Below are positions 42,264-56,200 of a DNA stretch of 64,000 nucleotides, one piece after another. Source of the stretch: Azolla caroliniana (taxonomy: Eukaryota; Plantae; Polypodiophyta); assembly GCA_043228905.1 (NCBI GenBank), contig JBHGNT010000076.1:1-64000 (forward strand). Reading direction: 5' to 3'. The position numbers were made by a program, and so were the translations under genes. The notes under the pieces are model-generated. The model searched no databases, was not told where the DNA came from, and worked only from the letters and a program-made list of their open reading frames with translations. The first letter of the stretch is position 1. Each line of letters opens with the position of its first letter.

Positions 42264-44204
42264 GAAGCTAACAACGCTAGCTATGATATGGAATTAAAAA
42301 ATCAAGATTTTGAAACTCAGGTCGAGAGACATGACGAAATTACCAAATTTGAGGAGTGAGTTGAGAAGAGCTAGTAGGTAAATGAAAATGTTCATACCTA
42401 GCTCGTGTGATATCGGATTTTTGTTTTCAAACATGCGAAACGAAGCTAACAATGCTAGATACGATATGGAATTAAAAAATCAAGATTTTGAAACTCAGGT
42501 CGAGAGACATGACGAAATTACCAAATTTGAGGAGTGAGTTGAGGGGAGCCCTTGAGTAAATGAAAATGTTCATACCTGGCTCGTGTGATATCGGATTTTT
42601 GTGTTCAAACATGCGATTCGAAGCTAACAACGCTAGCTATGATATGGAATTAAAAAATCAAGATTTTGAAACTCAGGTCGAGAGACATGACGAAATTAGC
42701 AAATTTGAGGAGTGAGTTAAGGGGAGCCCTTGAGTAAATGAAAATGTTCATACCTGGCTCGTGTGATATCGGATTTTTGTGTTCAAACATGCGATTCGAA
42801 GCTAACAACGCTAGCTATGATATGGAATTAAAAAATCAAGATTTTGAAACTCAGGTCGAGAGACATGACGAAATTAGCAAATTTGAGGAGTGAGTTGAGA
42901 AGAGCTAGTAGGTAAATTAAAATGTTCATAGCTGGCTCGTGTGATATCGGATTTTTGTGTTCAAACATGCGAAACGAAGCTAACATCGCTAGCTATGATA
43001 TGAAATTAAAAAGTCAAGATTTTGAAACTCAGGTCGAGAGACATGACGAAATTAGCAAATTTGAGGAGTGAGTTGAGAGGAGCCCTTGAGTAAATGAAAA
43101 TGTTCAACCCTGGCTCGTGTGATATCGGATTTTTGTGTTCAAACATGCGATTCGAAGCTAACAACGCTAGCTATGATATGGAATTAAAAAATCAAGATTT
43201 TGAAACTCAGGTCGAGAGACATGACGAAATTACCAAATTTGAGGAGTGAGTTGAGAAGAGCTAGTAGGTAAATGAAAATGTTCATACCTAGCTCGTGTGA
43301 TATCGGATTTTTGTTTTCAAACATGCGAAACGAAGCTAACAATGCTAGATACGATATGGAATTAAAAAATCAAGATTTTGAAACTCAGGTCGAGAGACAT
43401 GACGAAATTACCAAATTTGAGGAGTGAGTTGAGGGGAGCCCTTGAGTAAATGAAAATGTTCATACCTGGCTCGTGTGATATCGGATTTTTGTGTTCAAAC
43501 ATGCGATTCGAAGCTAACAACGCTAGCTATGATATGGAATTAAAAAATCAAGATTTTGAAACTCAGGTCGAGAGACATGACGAAATTAGCAAATTTGAGG
43601 AGTGAGTTAAGGGGAGCCCTTGAGTAAATGAAAATGTTCATACCTGGCTCGTGTGATATCGGATTTTTGTGTTCAAACATGCGATTCGAAGCTAACAACG
43701 CTAGCTATGATATGGAATTAAAAAATCAAGATTTTGAAACTCAGGTCGAGAGACATGACGAAATTAGCAAATTTGAGGAGTGAGTTGAGAAGAGCTAGTA
43801 GGTAAATTAAAATGTTCATAGCTGGCTCGTGTGATATCGGATTTTTGTGTTCAAACATGCGAAACGAAGCTAACATCGCTAGCTATGATATGAAATTAAA
43901 AAGTCAAGATTTTGAAACTCAGGTCGAGAGACATGACGAAATTAGCAAATTTGAGGAGTGAGTTGAGAGGAGCCCTTGAGTAAATGAAAATGTTCAACCC
44001 TGGCTCGTGTGATATCGGATTTTTGTGTTCAAACATGCGATTCGAAGCTAACAACGCTAGCTATGATATGGAATTAAAAAATCAAGATTTTGAAACTCAG
44101 GTCGAGAGACATGACGAAATTACCAAATTTGAGGAGTGAGTTGAGAAGAGCTAGTAGGTAAATGAAAATGTTCATACCTAGCTCGTGTGATATCGGATTT
44201 TTGT
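42264..44204 (+). repeat. Tandem duplication of a 5-monomer unit (890 bp)
   Basis: TTGTTTTCAA (42421/43311), GAGTTAAGGGG, CATAGCTGG (42931/43821) and TTCAACCCTGG (~43103/~43993) recur at +890; no differences noticed by eye. Confidence 0.92.
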
Positions 44205-45951
44205 GTTCAAACATGCGAAACGAAGCTAACAATGCTAGATACGATATGGAATTAAAAAATCAAGATTTTGAAACTCAGGTCGAGAGACATGACGAAATTA
44301 CCAAATTTGAGGAGTGAGTTGAGAAGAGCTAGTAGGTAAATTAAAATGTTCATACTTGGGTCGTGTGATATCAGATTTTTGTGTTCAAACATGCGATTCG
44401 AAGCTAACAACGCTAGGTATGATATGGAATTAAAAAATCAAGATTTTAAAACTCAGGTCGAGGGACATGACGAAATTACCAAATTTGAGGAGTGTGTTGA
44501 GAAGAGCTAGTAGGTAAATTAAAATGTTCATACCTGGCTCGTGTGATATCGGATTTTTGTGTTCAAACATGCGAAACGAAGGTAACAATGCTAGATACGA
44601 TACGGAATTAAAAAATCAAGATTTTGAAACTCAGGTCGAGAGACATGACGAAATTACCAAATTTGAGGAGTGAGTTGAGAAGAGCTAGTAGGTAAATGAA
44701 AATGTTCATACCTACCTCGTGTGATATCGGATTTTTGTTTTCAAACATGCGAAACGAAGCTAACAATGCTAGATACGATATGGAATTAAAAAATCAAGAT
44801 TTTGAAACTCAGGTCGAGAGACATGACGAAATTACCAAATTTGAGGAGTGAGTTGAGGGGAGCCCTTGAGTAAATGAAAATGTTCATACCTGGCTCGTGT
44901 GATATCGGATTTTTGTGTTCAAACATGCGATTCGAAGCTAACAACGCTAGCTATGATATGGAATTAAAAAATCAAGATTTTGAAACTCAGGTCGAGAGAC
45001 ATGATGAAATTAGCAAATTTGAGGAGTGAGTTGAGGGGAGCCCTTGAGTAAATGAAAATGTTCATACCTACCTCGTGTGATATCGGATTTTTGTTTTCAA
45101 ACATGCGAAACGAAGCTAACAATGCTAGATACGATATGGAATTAAAAAATCAAGATTTTGAAACTCAGGTCGAGAGACATGACGAAATTACCAAATTTGA
45201 GGAGTGAGTTGAGGGGAGCCCTTGAGTAAATGAAAATGTTCATATCTGGCTCGTGTGATATCGGATTTTTGTATTCAAACATGCGATTCGAAGCTAACAA
45301 CGCTAGCTATGATATGGAATTAAAAAATCAAGATTTTGAAACTCAGGTCGAGAGACATGATGAAATTAGCAAATTTGAGGAGTGAGTTGAGGGGAGCCCT
45401 TGAGTAAATGAAAATGTTCATACCTGGCTCGTGTGATATCGGATTTTTGTGTTCAAACATGCGATTCGAAGCTAACAACGCTAGCTATGATATGGAATTA
45501 AAAAATCAAGATTTTGAAACTCAGGTCGAGAGACATGACGAAATTAGCAAATTTGAGGAGTGAGTTGAGAAGAGCTAGTAGGTAAATTAAAATGTTCATA
45601 CCTGGCTCTTGTGATATCCGATTTTTGTGTTCAAACATGCGAAACGAAGCTAACAACGCTAGCTATGATATGGAATTAAAAAATCAAGATTTTGAAACTC
45701 AGGTCGAGAGACATGACGAAATTACCAAATTTGAGGAGTGAGTTGAGAAGAGCTAGTAGGTAAATTAAAATGTTCATACCTGGGTCGTGTGATATCGGAT
45801 TTTTGTGTTCAAACATGCGAAACGAAGCTAACAATGCTAGATACGATATGGAATTAAAAAATCAAGATTTTGAAACTCAGGTCGAGAGACATGACGAAAT
45901 TACCAAATTTGAGGAGTGAGTTGAGAAGAGCTAGTAGGTAAATTAAAATGT

Positions 45952-45971
45952 TCATACTTGGTCATACCTGG
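45952..45971 (+). other. 188-bp variant monomer (copy 3 of 5)
   Basis: TTCATACTTGGTCATACCTGG; TGGT at 45959. Confidence 0.95.
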
Positions 45972-48349
45972 CTCGTGTGATATCGGATTTTTGTGTTCAA
46001 ACATGCGAAACGAAGGTAACAATGCTAGATACGATATGGAATTAAAAAATCAAGATTTTGAAACTCAGGTCGAGAGACATGACGAAATTACCAAATTTGA
46101 GGAGTGAGTTGAGAAGAGCTAGTAGGTAAATTAAAATGTTCATACCTGGCTCGTGTGATATCGGATTTTTGTGTTCAAACATGCGAAACGAAGCTAACAT
46201 CGCTAGCTATGATATGAAATTAAAAAGTCAAGATTTTGAAACTCAGGTCGAGAGACATGACGAAATTACCAAATTTGAGGAGTGAGTTGAGAAGAGCCCT
46301 TGAGTAAATGAAACTGTTCATACCTGGCTCGTGTGATATCGGATTTCTGTGTTCAAACATGCGAAACGAAGCTAACATCGCTAGCTATGATATGAAATTA
46401 AAAGATCAAGATTTTGAAACTCAGGTCGAGAGACATGACGAAAATACCAAATTTGAGTAGTGAGTTGAGAGGAGCCCTTGAGTAAATGAAAATGTTCATA
46501 CCTGGCTCGTGTGATATCGGATTTTTGTGTTCAAACATGCGATTCGAAGCTAACAACGCTAGCTATGATATGGAATTAAAAAATCAAGATTTTGAAACTC
46601 AGGTCGAGAGACATGATGAAATTAGCAAATTTGAGGAGTGAGTTGAGAAGAGCTAGTAGGTAAATGAAAATGGTCATACCTAGCTCGTGTGATATCGGAT
46701 TTTTGTGTTAAAACATGCGAAACGAAGCTAACAATGCTAGATACGATATGGAATTAAAAAATCAAGATTTTGAAACTCAGGTCGAGAGACATGACGAAAT
46801 TACCAAATTTGAGGAGTGAGTTGAGGGGAGCCCTTGAGTAAATGACAATGTTCATACCTGGCTCGTGTGATATCGGATTTTTGTGTTGAAACATGCGATT
46901 CGAAGCTAACAACGCTAGCTATGATATGGAATTAAAAAATCAAGATTTTGAAACTCAGGTCGAGAGACATGACGAAATTACCAAATTTGAGGAGTGAGTT
47001 GAGAAGAGCTAGTAGGTAAATTAAAATGTTCATACTTGGGTCGTGTGATATCAGATTTTTGTGTTCAAACATGCGATTCGAAGCTAACAACGCTAGGTAT
47101 GATATGGAATTAAAAAATCAAGATTTTAAAACTCAGGTCGAGGGACATGACGAAATTACCAAATTTGAGGAGTGTGTTGAGAAGAGCTAGTAGGTAAATT
47201 AAAATGTTCATACCTGGCTCGTGTGATATCGGATTTTTGTGTTCAAACATGCGAAACGAAGGTAACAATGCTAGATACGATACGGAATTAAAAAATCAAG
47301 ATTTTGAAACTCAGGTCGAGAGACATGACGAAATTACCAAATTTGAGGAGTGAGTTGAGAAGAGCTAGTAGGTAAATGAAAATGTTCATACCTACCTCGT
47401 GTGATATCGGATTTTTGTTTTCAAACATGCGAAACGAAGCTAACAATGCTAGATACGATATGGAATTAAAAAATCAAGATTTTGAAACTCAGGTCGAGAG
47501 ACATGACGAAATTACCAAATTTGAGGAGTGAGTTGAGGGGAGCCCTTGAGTAAATGAAAATGTTCATACCTGGCTCGTGTGATATCGGATTTTTGTGTTC
47601 AAACATGCGATTTGAAGCTAACAACGCTAGCTATGATATGGAATTAAAAAATCAAGATTTTGAAACTCAGGTCGAGAGACATGATGAAATTAGCAAATTT
47701 GAGGAGTGAGTTGAGGGGAGCCCTTGAGTAAATGAAAATGTTCATACCTACCTCGTGTGATATCGGATTTTTGTTTTCAAACATGCGAAACGAAGCTAAC
47801 AATGCTAGATACGATATGGAATTAAAAAATCAAGATTTTGAAACTCAGGTCGAGAGACATGACGAAATTACCAAATTTGAGGAGTGAGTTGAGGGGAGCC
47901 CTTGAGTAAATGAAAATGTTCATATCTGGCTCGTGTGATATCGGATTTTTGTGTTCAAACATGCGATTCGAAGCTAACAACGCTAGCTATGATATGGAAT
48001 TAAAAAATCAAGATTTTGAAACTCAGGTCGAGAGACATGATGAAATTAGCAAATTTGAGGAGTGAGTTGAGGGGAGCCCTTGAGTAAATGAAAATGTTCA
48101 TACCTGGCTCGTGTGATATCGGATTTTTGTGTTCAAACATGCGATTCGAAGCTAACAACGCTAGCTATGATATGGAATTAAAAAATCAAGATTTTGAAAC
48201 TCAGGTCGAGAGACATGACGAAATTAGCAAATTTGAGGAGTGAGTTGAGAAGAGCTAGTAGGTAAATTAAAATGTTCATACTTGGGTCGTGTGATATCAG
48301 ATTTTTGTGTTCAAACATGCGAAACGAAGCTAACAACGCTAGCTATGAT

Positions 48350-51300
48350 ATGGAATTAAAAAATCAAGATTTTGAAACTCAGGTCGAGGGACATGACGAA
48401 ATTAGCAAATTTGAGGAGTGTGTTGAGAAGAGCTAGTAGGTAAATTAAAATGTTCATACCTGGCTCGTGTGATATCGGATTTTTGTGTTCAAACATGCGA
48501 AACGAAGGTAACAATGCTAGATACGATATGGAATTAAAAAATCAAGATTTTGAAACTCAGGTCGAGAGACATGACGAAATTACCAAATTTGAGGAGTGAG
48601 TTGAGAAGAGCTAGTAGGTAAATGAAAATGTTCATACCTAGCTCGTGTGATATCGGATTTTTGTGTTCAAACATGCGATTCGAAGCTAAGAACGCTAGCT
48701 ATGATATGGAATTAAAAAATCAAGATTTTGAAACTCAGGTCGAGAGACATGACGAAATTACCAAATTTGAGGAGTGAGTTGAGAAGAGCTAGTAGGTAAA
48801 TTAAAATGTTCATACTTGGGTCGTGTGATATCAGATTTTTGTGTTCAAACATGCGATTCGAAGCTAACAACGCTAGCTGTGATATGGAATTAAAAAATCA
48901 AGATTTTGAAACTCAGGTCGAGAGACATGACGAAATTACCAAATTTGAGGAGTGAGGTGAGAGGAGCCCTTGAGTAAATGAAAATGTTCATACCTAGCTC
49001 GTGTGATATCGGATTTTTGTGTTCAAACATGCGATTCGAAGCTAACAACGCTAGCTATGATATGGAATTAAAAAATCAAGATTTTGAAACTCAGGTCAAG
49101 AGACATGAAGAAATTAGCAAATTAGAGGAGGGAGTGGAGAAGAGCCCGTTCGGAAATGAAAATGTTCCTACCTGGCTCGTGTGATATCTGCTTTTTGTGT
49201 TCAAACATGCGAATCGAAGCAAACAAAGCTAGCTATGATATAGAATTAAAAAATCAAGATTTTGAAACTCAGGTCGAGAGACATGATGAAATTAGCAAAT
49301 TTGAGGAGGGAGTGGAGAAGGGGCCGTGAGTAAATGAAACTGTTCATACCTGGCTCGTGTGATATCGGATTTTTGTGTTCAAACATGCGAACCGAAGCTA
49401 ACAACGCTAGCTATGATATGAAATTAAAAGATCAAGATTTTGAAACTCAGGTCGAGAGACATGACGAAATTACCAAATTTGAGTAGTGAGTTGAGGGGAG
49501 CCCTTGAGTAAATGAAAATGTTCATACCTGGCTCGTGTGATATCGGATTTTTGTGTTCAAACATGCGAATCGAAGCTAGCAACGCTAGCTATGAGATAGA
49601 ATTAAAAAATGAAGATTTTGAAACTCAGGTCGAGAGACATGACGAAATTACCAAATTTGAGGAGTGAGTTGAGAAGAGCTAGTAGGTAAATTAAAATGTT
49701 CATACCTGGCTCGTGTGATATCGGATTTTTGTGTTCAAACATGCGAATCGAAGCTAACAACGCTAGCTATGATATGGAATTAAAAAATCAAGATTTTGAA
49801 TCTCAGGTCGAGAGACGTGACGAAATTACCAAATTTGAGTAGTGAGGTGAGAGGAGCCCTTGAGTAAATGAAAATGTTCATACCTGGCTCGTGTGATATC
49901 GGATTTTTGTGTTCAAACATGCGAATCGAAGCTAACAACGCTAGCTATGAGATAGAATTAAAAAATCAAGATTTTGAAACTCAGGTCGAGAGACATGACG
50001 AAATTACCAAATTTGAGGAGTGAGTTGAGAAGAGCTAGTAGGTAAATTAAAATGTTCATACCGGGCTCGTGTGATATCGGATTTTTGTGTTCAAACATGC
50101 GATTCGAAGCTAACAACGCTAGCTATGAAATGGAATTAAAAAATCAAGATTTTGAAACTCAGGTCGAGGGACATGACGAAATTAGCAAATTTGAGGAGTG
50201 TGTTGAGAAGAGCTAGTAGGTAAATTAAAATGTTCATACCTGGCTCGTGTGATATCGGATTTTTGTGTTCAAACATGCGAAACGAAGGTAACAATGCTAG
50301 ATACGATATGGAATTAAAAAATCAAGATTTTGAAACTCAGGTCGAGAGACATGACGAAATTACCAAATTTGAGGAGTGAGTTGAGAAGAGCTAGTAGGTA
50401 AATGAAAATGTTCATACCTAGCTCGTGTGATATCGGATTTTTGTGTTCAAACATGGGAATCGAAGCTAAGAACGCTAGCTATGATATGGAATTAAAAAAT
50501 CAAGATTTTGAAACTCAGGTCGAGAGACATGACGAAATTACCAAATTTGAGGAGTGAGTTGAGAAGAGCTAGTAGGTAAATTAAAATGTTCATACTTGGG
50601 TCGTGTGATATCAGATTTTTGTGTTCAAACATGCGATTCGAAGCTAACAACGCTAGCTGTGATATGGAATTAAAAAATCAAGATTTTGAAACTCAGGTCG
50701 AGAGACATGACGAAATTACCAAATTTGAGGAGTGAGGTGAGAGGAGCCCTTGAGTAAATGAAAATGTTCATACCTAGCTCGTGTGATATCGGATTTTTGT
50801 GTTCAAACATGCGATTCGAAGCTAACAACGCTAGCTATGATATGGAATTAAAAAATCAAGATTTTGAAACTCAGGTCAAGAGACATGAAGAAATTAGCAA
50901 ATTAGAGGAGGGAGTGGAGAAGAGCCCGTTCGGAAATGAAAATGTTCCTACCTGGCTCGTGTGATATCTGCTTTTTGTGTTCAAACATGCGAATCGAAGC
51001 AAACAAAGCTAGCTATGATATAGAATTAAAAAATCAAGATTTTGAAACTCAGGTCGAGAGACATGATGAAATTAGCAAATTTGAGGAGGGAGTGGAGAAG
51101 GGGCCGTGAGTAAATGAAACTGTTCATACCTGGCTCGTGTGATATCGGATTTTTGTGTTCAAACATGCGAACCGAAGCTAACAACGCTAGCTATGATATG
51201 AAATTAAAAGATCAAGATTTTGAAACTCAGGTCGAGAGACATGACGAAATTACCAAATTTGAGTAGTGAGTTGAGGGGAGCCCTTGAGTAAATGAAAATG

Positions 51301-51948
51301 TTCATACCTGGCTCGTGTGATATCGGATTTTTGTGTTCAAACATGCGAATCGAAGCTAGCAACGCTAGCTATGAGATAGAATTAAAAAATGAAGATTTTG
51401 AAACTCAGGTCGAGAGACATGACGAAATTACCAAATTTGAGGAGTGAGTTGAGAAGAGCTAGTAGGTAAATTAAAATGTTCATACCTGGCTCGTGTGATA
51501 TCGGATTTTTGTGTTCAAACATGCGAATCGAAGCTAACAACGCTAGCTATGATATGGAATTAAAAAATCAAGATTTTGAATCTCAGGTCGAGAGACGTGA
51601 CGAAATTACCAAATTTGAGTAGTGAGGTGAGAGGAGCCCTTGAGTAAATGAAAATGTTCATACCTGGCTCGTGTGATATCGGATTTTTGTGTTCAAACAT
51701 GCGAATCGAAGCTAACAACGCTAGCTATGAGATAGAATTAAAAAATCAAGATTTTGAAACTCAGGTCGAGAGACATGACGAAATTACCAAATTTGAGGAG
51801 TGAGTTGAGAAGAGCTAGTAGGTAAATTAAAATGTTCATACCGGGCTCGTGTGATATCGGATTTTTGTGTTCAAACATGCGATTCGAAGCTAACAACGCT
51901 AGCTATGAAATGGAATTAAAAAATCAAGATTTTGAAACTCAGGTCGAG
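48350..51948 (+). repeat. Tandem duplication of a 10-monomer unit (1780 bp)
   Basis: GAGGGACA..GAGTGTGTTG (48381/50161), GCTAAGAAC, divergent monomer (49091/50871), GCTAGCAAC (49577/51357) and CCGGGCTC (50061/51841) all at +1780. Confidence 0.93.
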
Positions 51949-53289
51949 AGACATGACGAAATTACCAAATTTGAGGAGTGAGGTGAGAAGAGCTAGTAGG
52001 TAAATTAAAATGTTCATACCTGGCTCGTGTGATATCGGATTTTTGTGTTCAAACATGGGAATCGAAGCTAACAACGCTAGCTATGAGATAGAATTAAAAA
52101 ATCAAGATTTTGAAACTCAGGTCGAGAGACATGACGAAATTACCAAATTTGAGGAGTGAGTTGAGAAGAGCTAGTAGGTAAATTAAAATGTTCATACCTG
52201 GCTCGTGTGATATCGTATTTTTGTGTTCAAACATGCCAATCGAAGCTAACAACGCTAGCTATGATATGGAATTAAAAGATCAAGATTTTGAAACTCAGGT
52301 CGAGAGACATGACGAAATTACCAAATTTGAGTAGTGAGTTGAGAGGAGCCCTTGAGTAAATGAAAATGTTCATACCTGGCTCGTGTGATATCGGATTTTT
52401 GTGTTCAAACATGGGAATTGAAGCTAACAACGCTAGCTATGATATGAAATTAAAAGATCAAGATTTTAAAACTCAGGTCGAGAGACATTACCAAATTACC
52501 AAATTTGAGGAGTGAGTTGAGAGGAGCCCTTGAGTAAATGAAAATGTTCATACCGGGCTCGTGTGATATCGGATTTTTGTGTTCAAACATGCGATTCGAA
52601 GCTAACAACGCTAGCTATGAAATGGAATTAAAAAATCAAGATTTTGAAACTCAGGTTGAGAGACATGACGAAATTACCAAATTTGAGTAGTGACTTGAGA
52701 GGAGCCCTTGAGTAAATGAAAATGTTCATACCTGGCTTGTGTGATATCGGATTTTTGTGTTCAAACATGCGAAACGAAGCCAACAACGCTAGCTATGATA
52801 TGAAATTAAAAAATCAAGATTTTGAATCTCAGATCAAGAGACGTGACGAAATTACCAAATTTGATTAGTGAGGTGAGAGGAGCCCTTGAGTAAATGAAAA
52901 TGTTCATACCTGGCTCGTGTGATATCGGATTTTTGTGTTCAAACATGCGAATCGAAGCTAACAACGCTAGCTATGAGATAGAATTAAAAAATCAAGATTT
53001 TGAAACTCAGGTCGAGAGACATGACGAAATTACCAAATTTGAGGAGTGAGTTGAGAAGAGCTAGTAGGTAAATTAAAATGTTCATACTTGGGTCGTGTGA
53101 TATCAGATTTTTGCGTTCAAACATGCGATTCGAAGCTAACAACGCTAGCTATGTTATGGAATTAAAAAATCAAGATTTTGAATCTCAGGTCGAGAGACAT
53201 GACGAAATTACCAAATTTGAGTAGTGAGTTGAGAGGAGCCCTTGAGTAAATGAAAATGTTCATACCTAGCTCGTGTGATATCGAATTTT

Positions 53290-56200
53290 TGTGTTCAAAC
53301 ATGCGAAACGAAGCTAACAATGCTAGATACGATATGGAATTAAAAAATCAAGATTTTGAAACTCAGGTCGAGAGACATGACGAAATTACCAAATTTGAGG
53401 AGTGAGTTGAGAAGAGCTAGTAGGTAAATTAAAATGTTCATACTTGGGTCGTGTGATATCAGATTTTTGTGTTCAAACATGCGATTCGAAGCTAACAACG
53501 CTAGCTATGATATGGAATTAAAAAATCAAGATTTTGAAACTCAGGTCGAGGGACATGACGAAATTAGCAAATTTGAGGAGTGTGTTGAGAAGAGCTAGTA
53601 GGTAAATTAAAATGTTCATACCTGGCTCGTGTGATATCGGATTTTTGTGTTCAAACATGCGAAACGAAGGTAACAATGCTAGATACGATATGGAATTAAA
53701 AAATCAAGATTTTGAAACTCAGGTCGAGAGACATGACGAAATTACCAAATTTGAGGAGTGAGTTGAGAAGAGCTAGTAGGTAAATTAAAATGTTCATACC
53801 TAGCTCGTGTGATATCGGATTTTTGTGTTCAAACATGCGATTCGAAGCTAAGAACGCTAGCTATGATATGGAATTAAAAAATCAAGATTTTGAAACTCAG
53901 GTCGAGAGACATGACGAAATTACCAAATTTGAGGAGTGAGTTGAGAAGAGCTAGTAGGTAAATTAAAATGTTCATACCTGGCTCGTGTGATATCGGATTT
54001 TTGTGTTCAAACATGCGAAACGAAGCTAACATCGCTAGCTATGATATGAAATTAAAAAGTCAAGATTTTGAAACTCAGGTCGAGAGACATGACGAAATTA
54101 CCAAATTTGAGGAGTGAGTTGAGAAGAGCCCTTGAGTAAATGAAACTGTTCATACCTGGCTCGTGTGATATCGGATTTCTGTGTTCAAACATGCGAAACG
54201 AAGCTAACATCGCTAGCTATGATATGAAATTAAAAGATCAAGATTTTGAAACTCAGGTCGAGAGACATGACGAAAATACCAAATTTGAGTAGTGAGTTGA
54301 GAGGAGCCCTTGAGTAAATGAAAATGTTCATACCTGGCTCGTGTGATATCGGATTTTTGTGTTCAAACATGCGATTCGAAGCTAACAACGCTAGCTATGA
54401 TATGGAATTAAAAAATCAAGATTTTGAAACTCAGGTCGAGAGACATGATGAAATTAGCAAATTTGAGGAGTGAGTTGAGAAGAGCTAGTAGGTAAATGAA
54501 AATGGTCATACCTAGTTCGTGTGATATCGGATTTTTGTGTTCAAACATGCGAAACGAAGCTAACAATGCTAGATACGATATGGAATTAAAAAATCAAGAA
54601 TTTGAAACTCAGGTCGAGAGACATGACGAAATTACCAAATTTGAGGAGTGAGTTGAGGGGAGCCCTTGAGTAAATGAAAATGGTCATACCTGGCTCGTGT
54701 GATATCGGATTTTTGTGTTCAAACATGCGAAACGAAGCTAACAACGCTAGCTATGATATGGAATTAAAAGATCAAGATTTTGAAACTCAGGTCGAGAGAC
54801 ATGACGAAATTACCAAATTTGAGTAGAGAGTTGAGAGGAGTCCTTGAGTAAATGAAAATGTTCATACCTGGTTCGTGTGATATCGGATTTTTGTGTTCAA
54901 ACATGCGATTCGAAGCTAACAACGCTAGCTATGATATGGAATTAAAAAATCAAGATTTTGAAACTCAGGTCAAGAGACATGAAGAAATTAGCAAATTAGA
55001 GGAGGGAGTGGAGAAGAGCCCGTTCGGAAATGAAAATGTTCCTACCTGGCTCGTGTGATATCTGCTTTTTGTGTTCAAACATGCGAATCGAAGCAAACAA
55101 AGCTAGCTATGATATAGAATTAAAAAATCAAGATTTTGAAACTCAGGTCGAGAGACATGACGAAATTAGCAAATTTGAGGAGTGAGTTGAGAAGAGCTAG
55201 TAGGTAAATTAAAATGTTCATACCTGGCTCGTGTGATATCGGATTTTTGTGTTCAAACATGCGAAACGAAGCTAACAACGCTACCTATGATATGAAATTA
55301 AAAGATCAAGATTTTGAAACTCAGGTCGAGAGACATGACGAAATTACCAAATTTGAGGAGTGAGTTGAGAAGAGCTAGTAGGTAAATGAAAATGTTCATA
55401 CCTAGCTCGTGTGATATCGGATTTTTGTGTTCAAACATGCGAAACGAAGCTAACAACGCTAGTTACGATATGGAATTAAAAAATCAAGATTTTGAAACTC
55501 AGGTCGAGAGACATGACGAAATTACCAAATTTGAGTAGTGAGTTGAGAGGAGCCCTTGAGTAAATGAAAATGTTCATACCTGGCTCGTGTGATATCGGAT
55601 TTTTGTGTTCAAACATGCGATTCGAAGCTAACAACGCTAGCTATGATATGGAATTAAAAAATCAAGATTTTGAAACTCAGGTCGAGAGACATGACGAAAT
55701 TACCAAATTTGAGGAGTGAGTTGAGAAGAGCTAGTAGGTAAATGAAAATGTTCATACCTGGCTCGTGTGATATCGGATTTTTGTGTTCAAACATGCGAAA
55801 CGAAGCTAACAACGCTAGCTATGAGATAGAATTAAAAAATCAAGATTTTGAAACTCAGGTTGAGAGACATGATGAAATTAGCAAATTTGAGTAGTGAGTT
55901 GAGGGGAGCCCTTGAGTAAATGAAAATGTTCATACCTGGCTCGTGTGATATCGGATTTTTGTGTTCAAACATGCGATTCGAAGCTAACAACGCTAGCTAT
56001 GATATGGAATTAAAAAATCAAGATTTTGAAACTCAGGTCGAGAGACATGACGAAATTACCAAATTTGAGGAGTGAGTTGAGAAGAGCTAGTAGGTAAATT
56101 AAAATGTTCATACCTGGCTCGTGTGATATCGGATTTTTGTGTTCAAACATGCGAAACGAAGCTAACATCGCTAGCTATGATATGAAATTAAAAAGTCAAG

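Noticed and set aside
12563-55058. Plus-strand 68-83 aa ORFs (MKLRSRDM..., MKMFIP...)
   Set aside because: Chance stop loss within satellite monomers (e.g. TAA>TCA/TAC/TAT, TGA>GGA). No recognisable domain and no unique flanking sequence.
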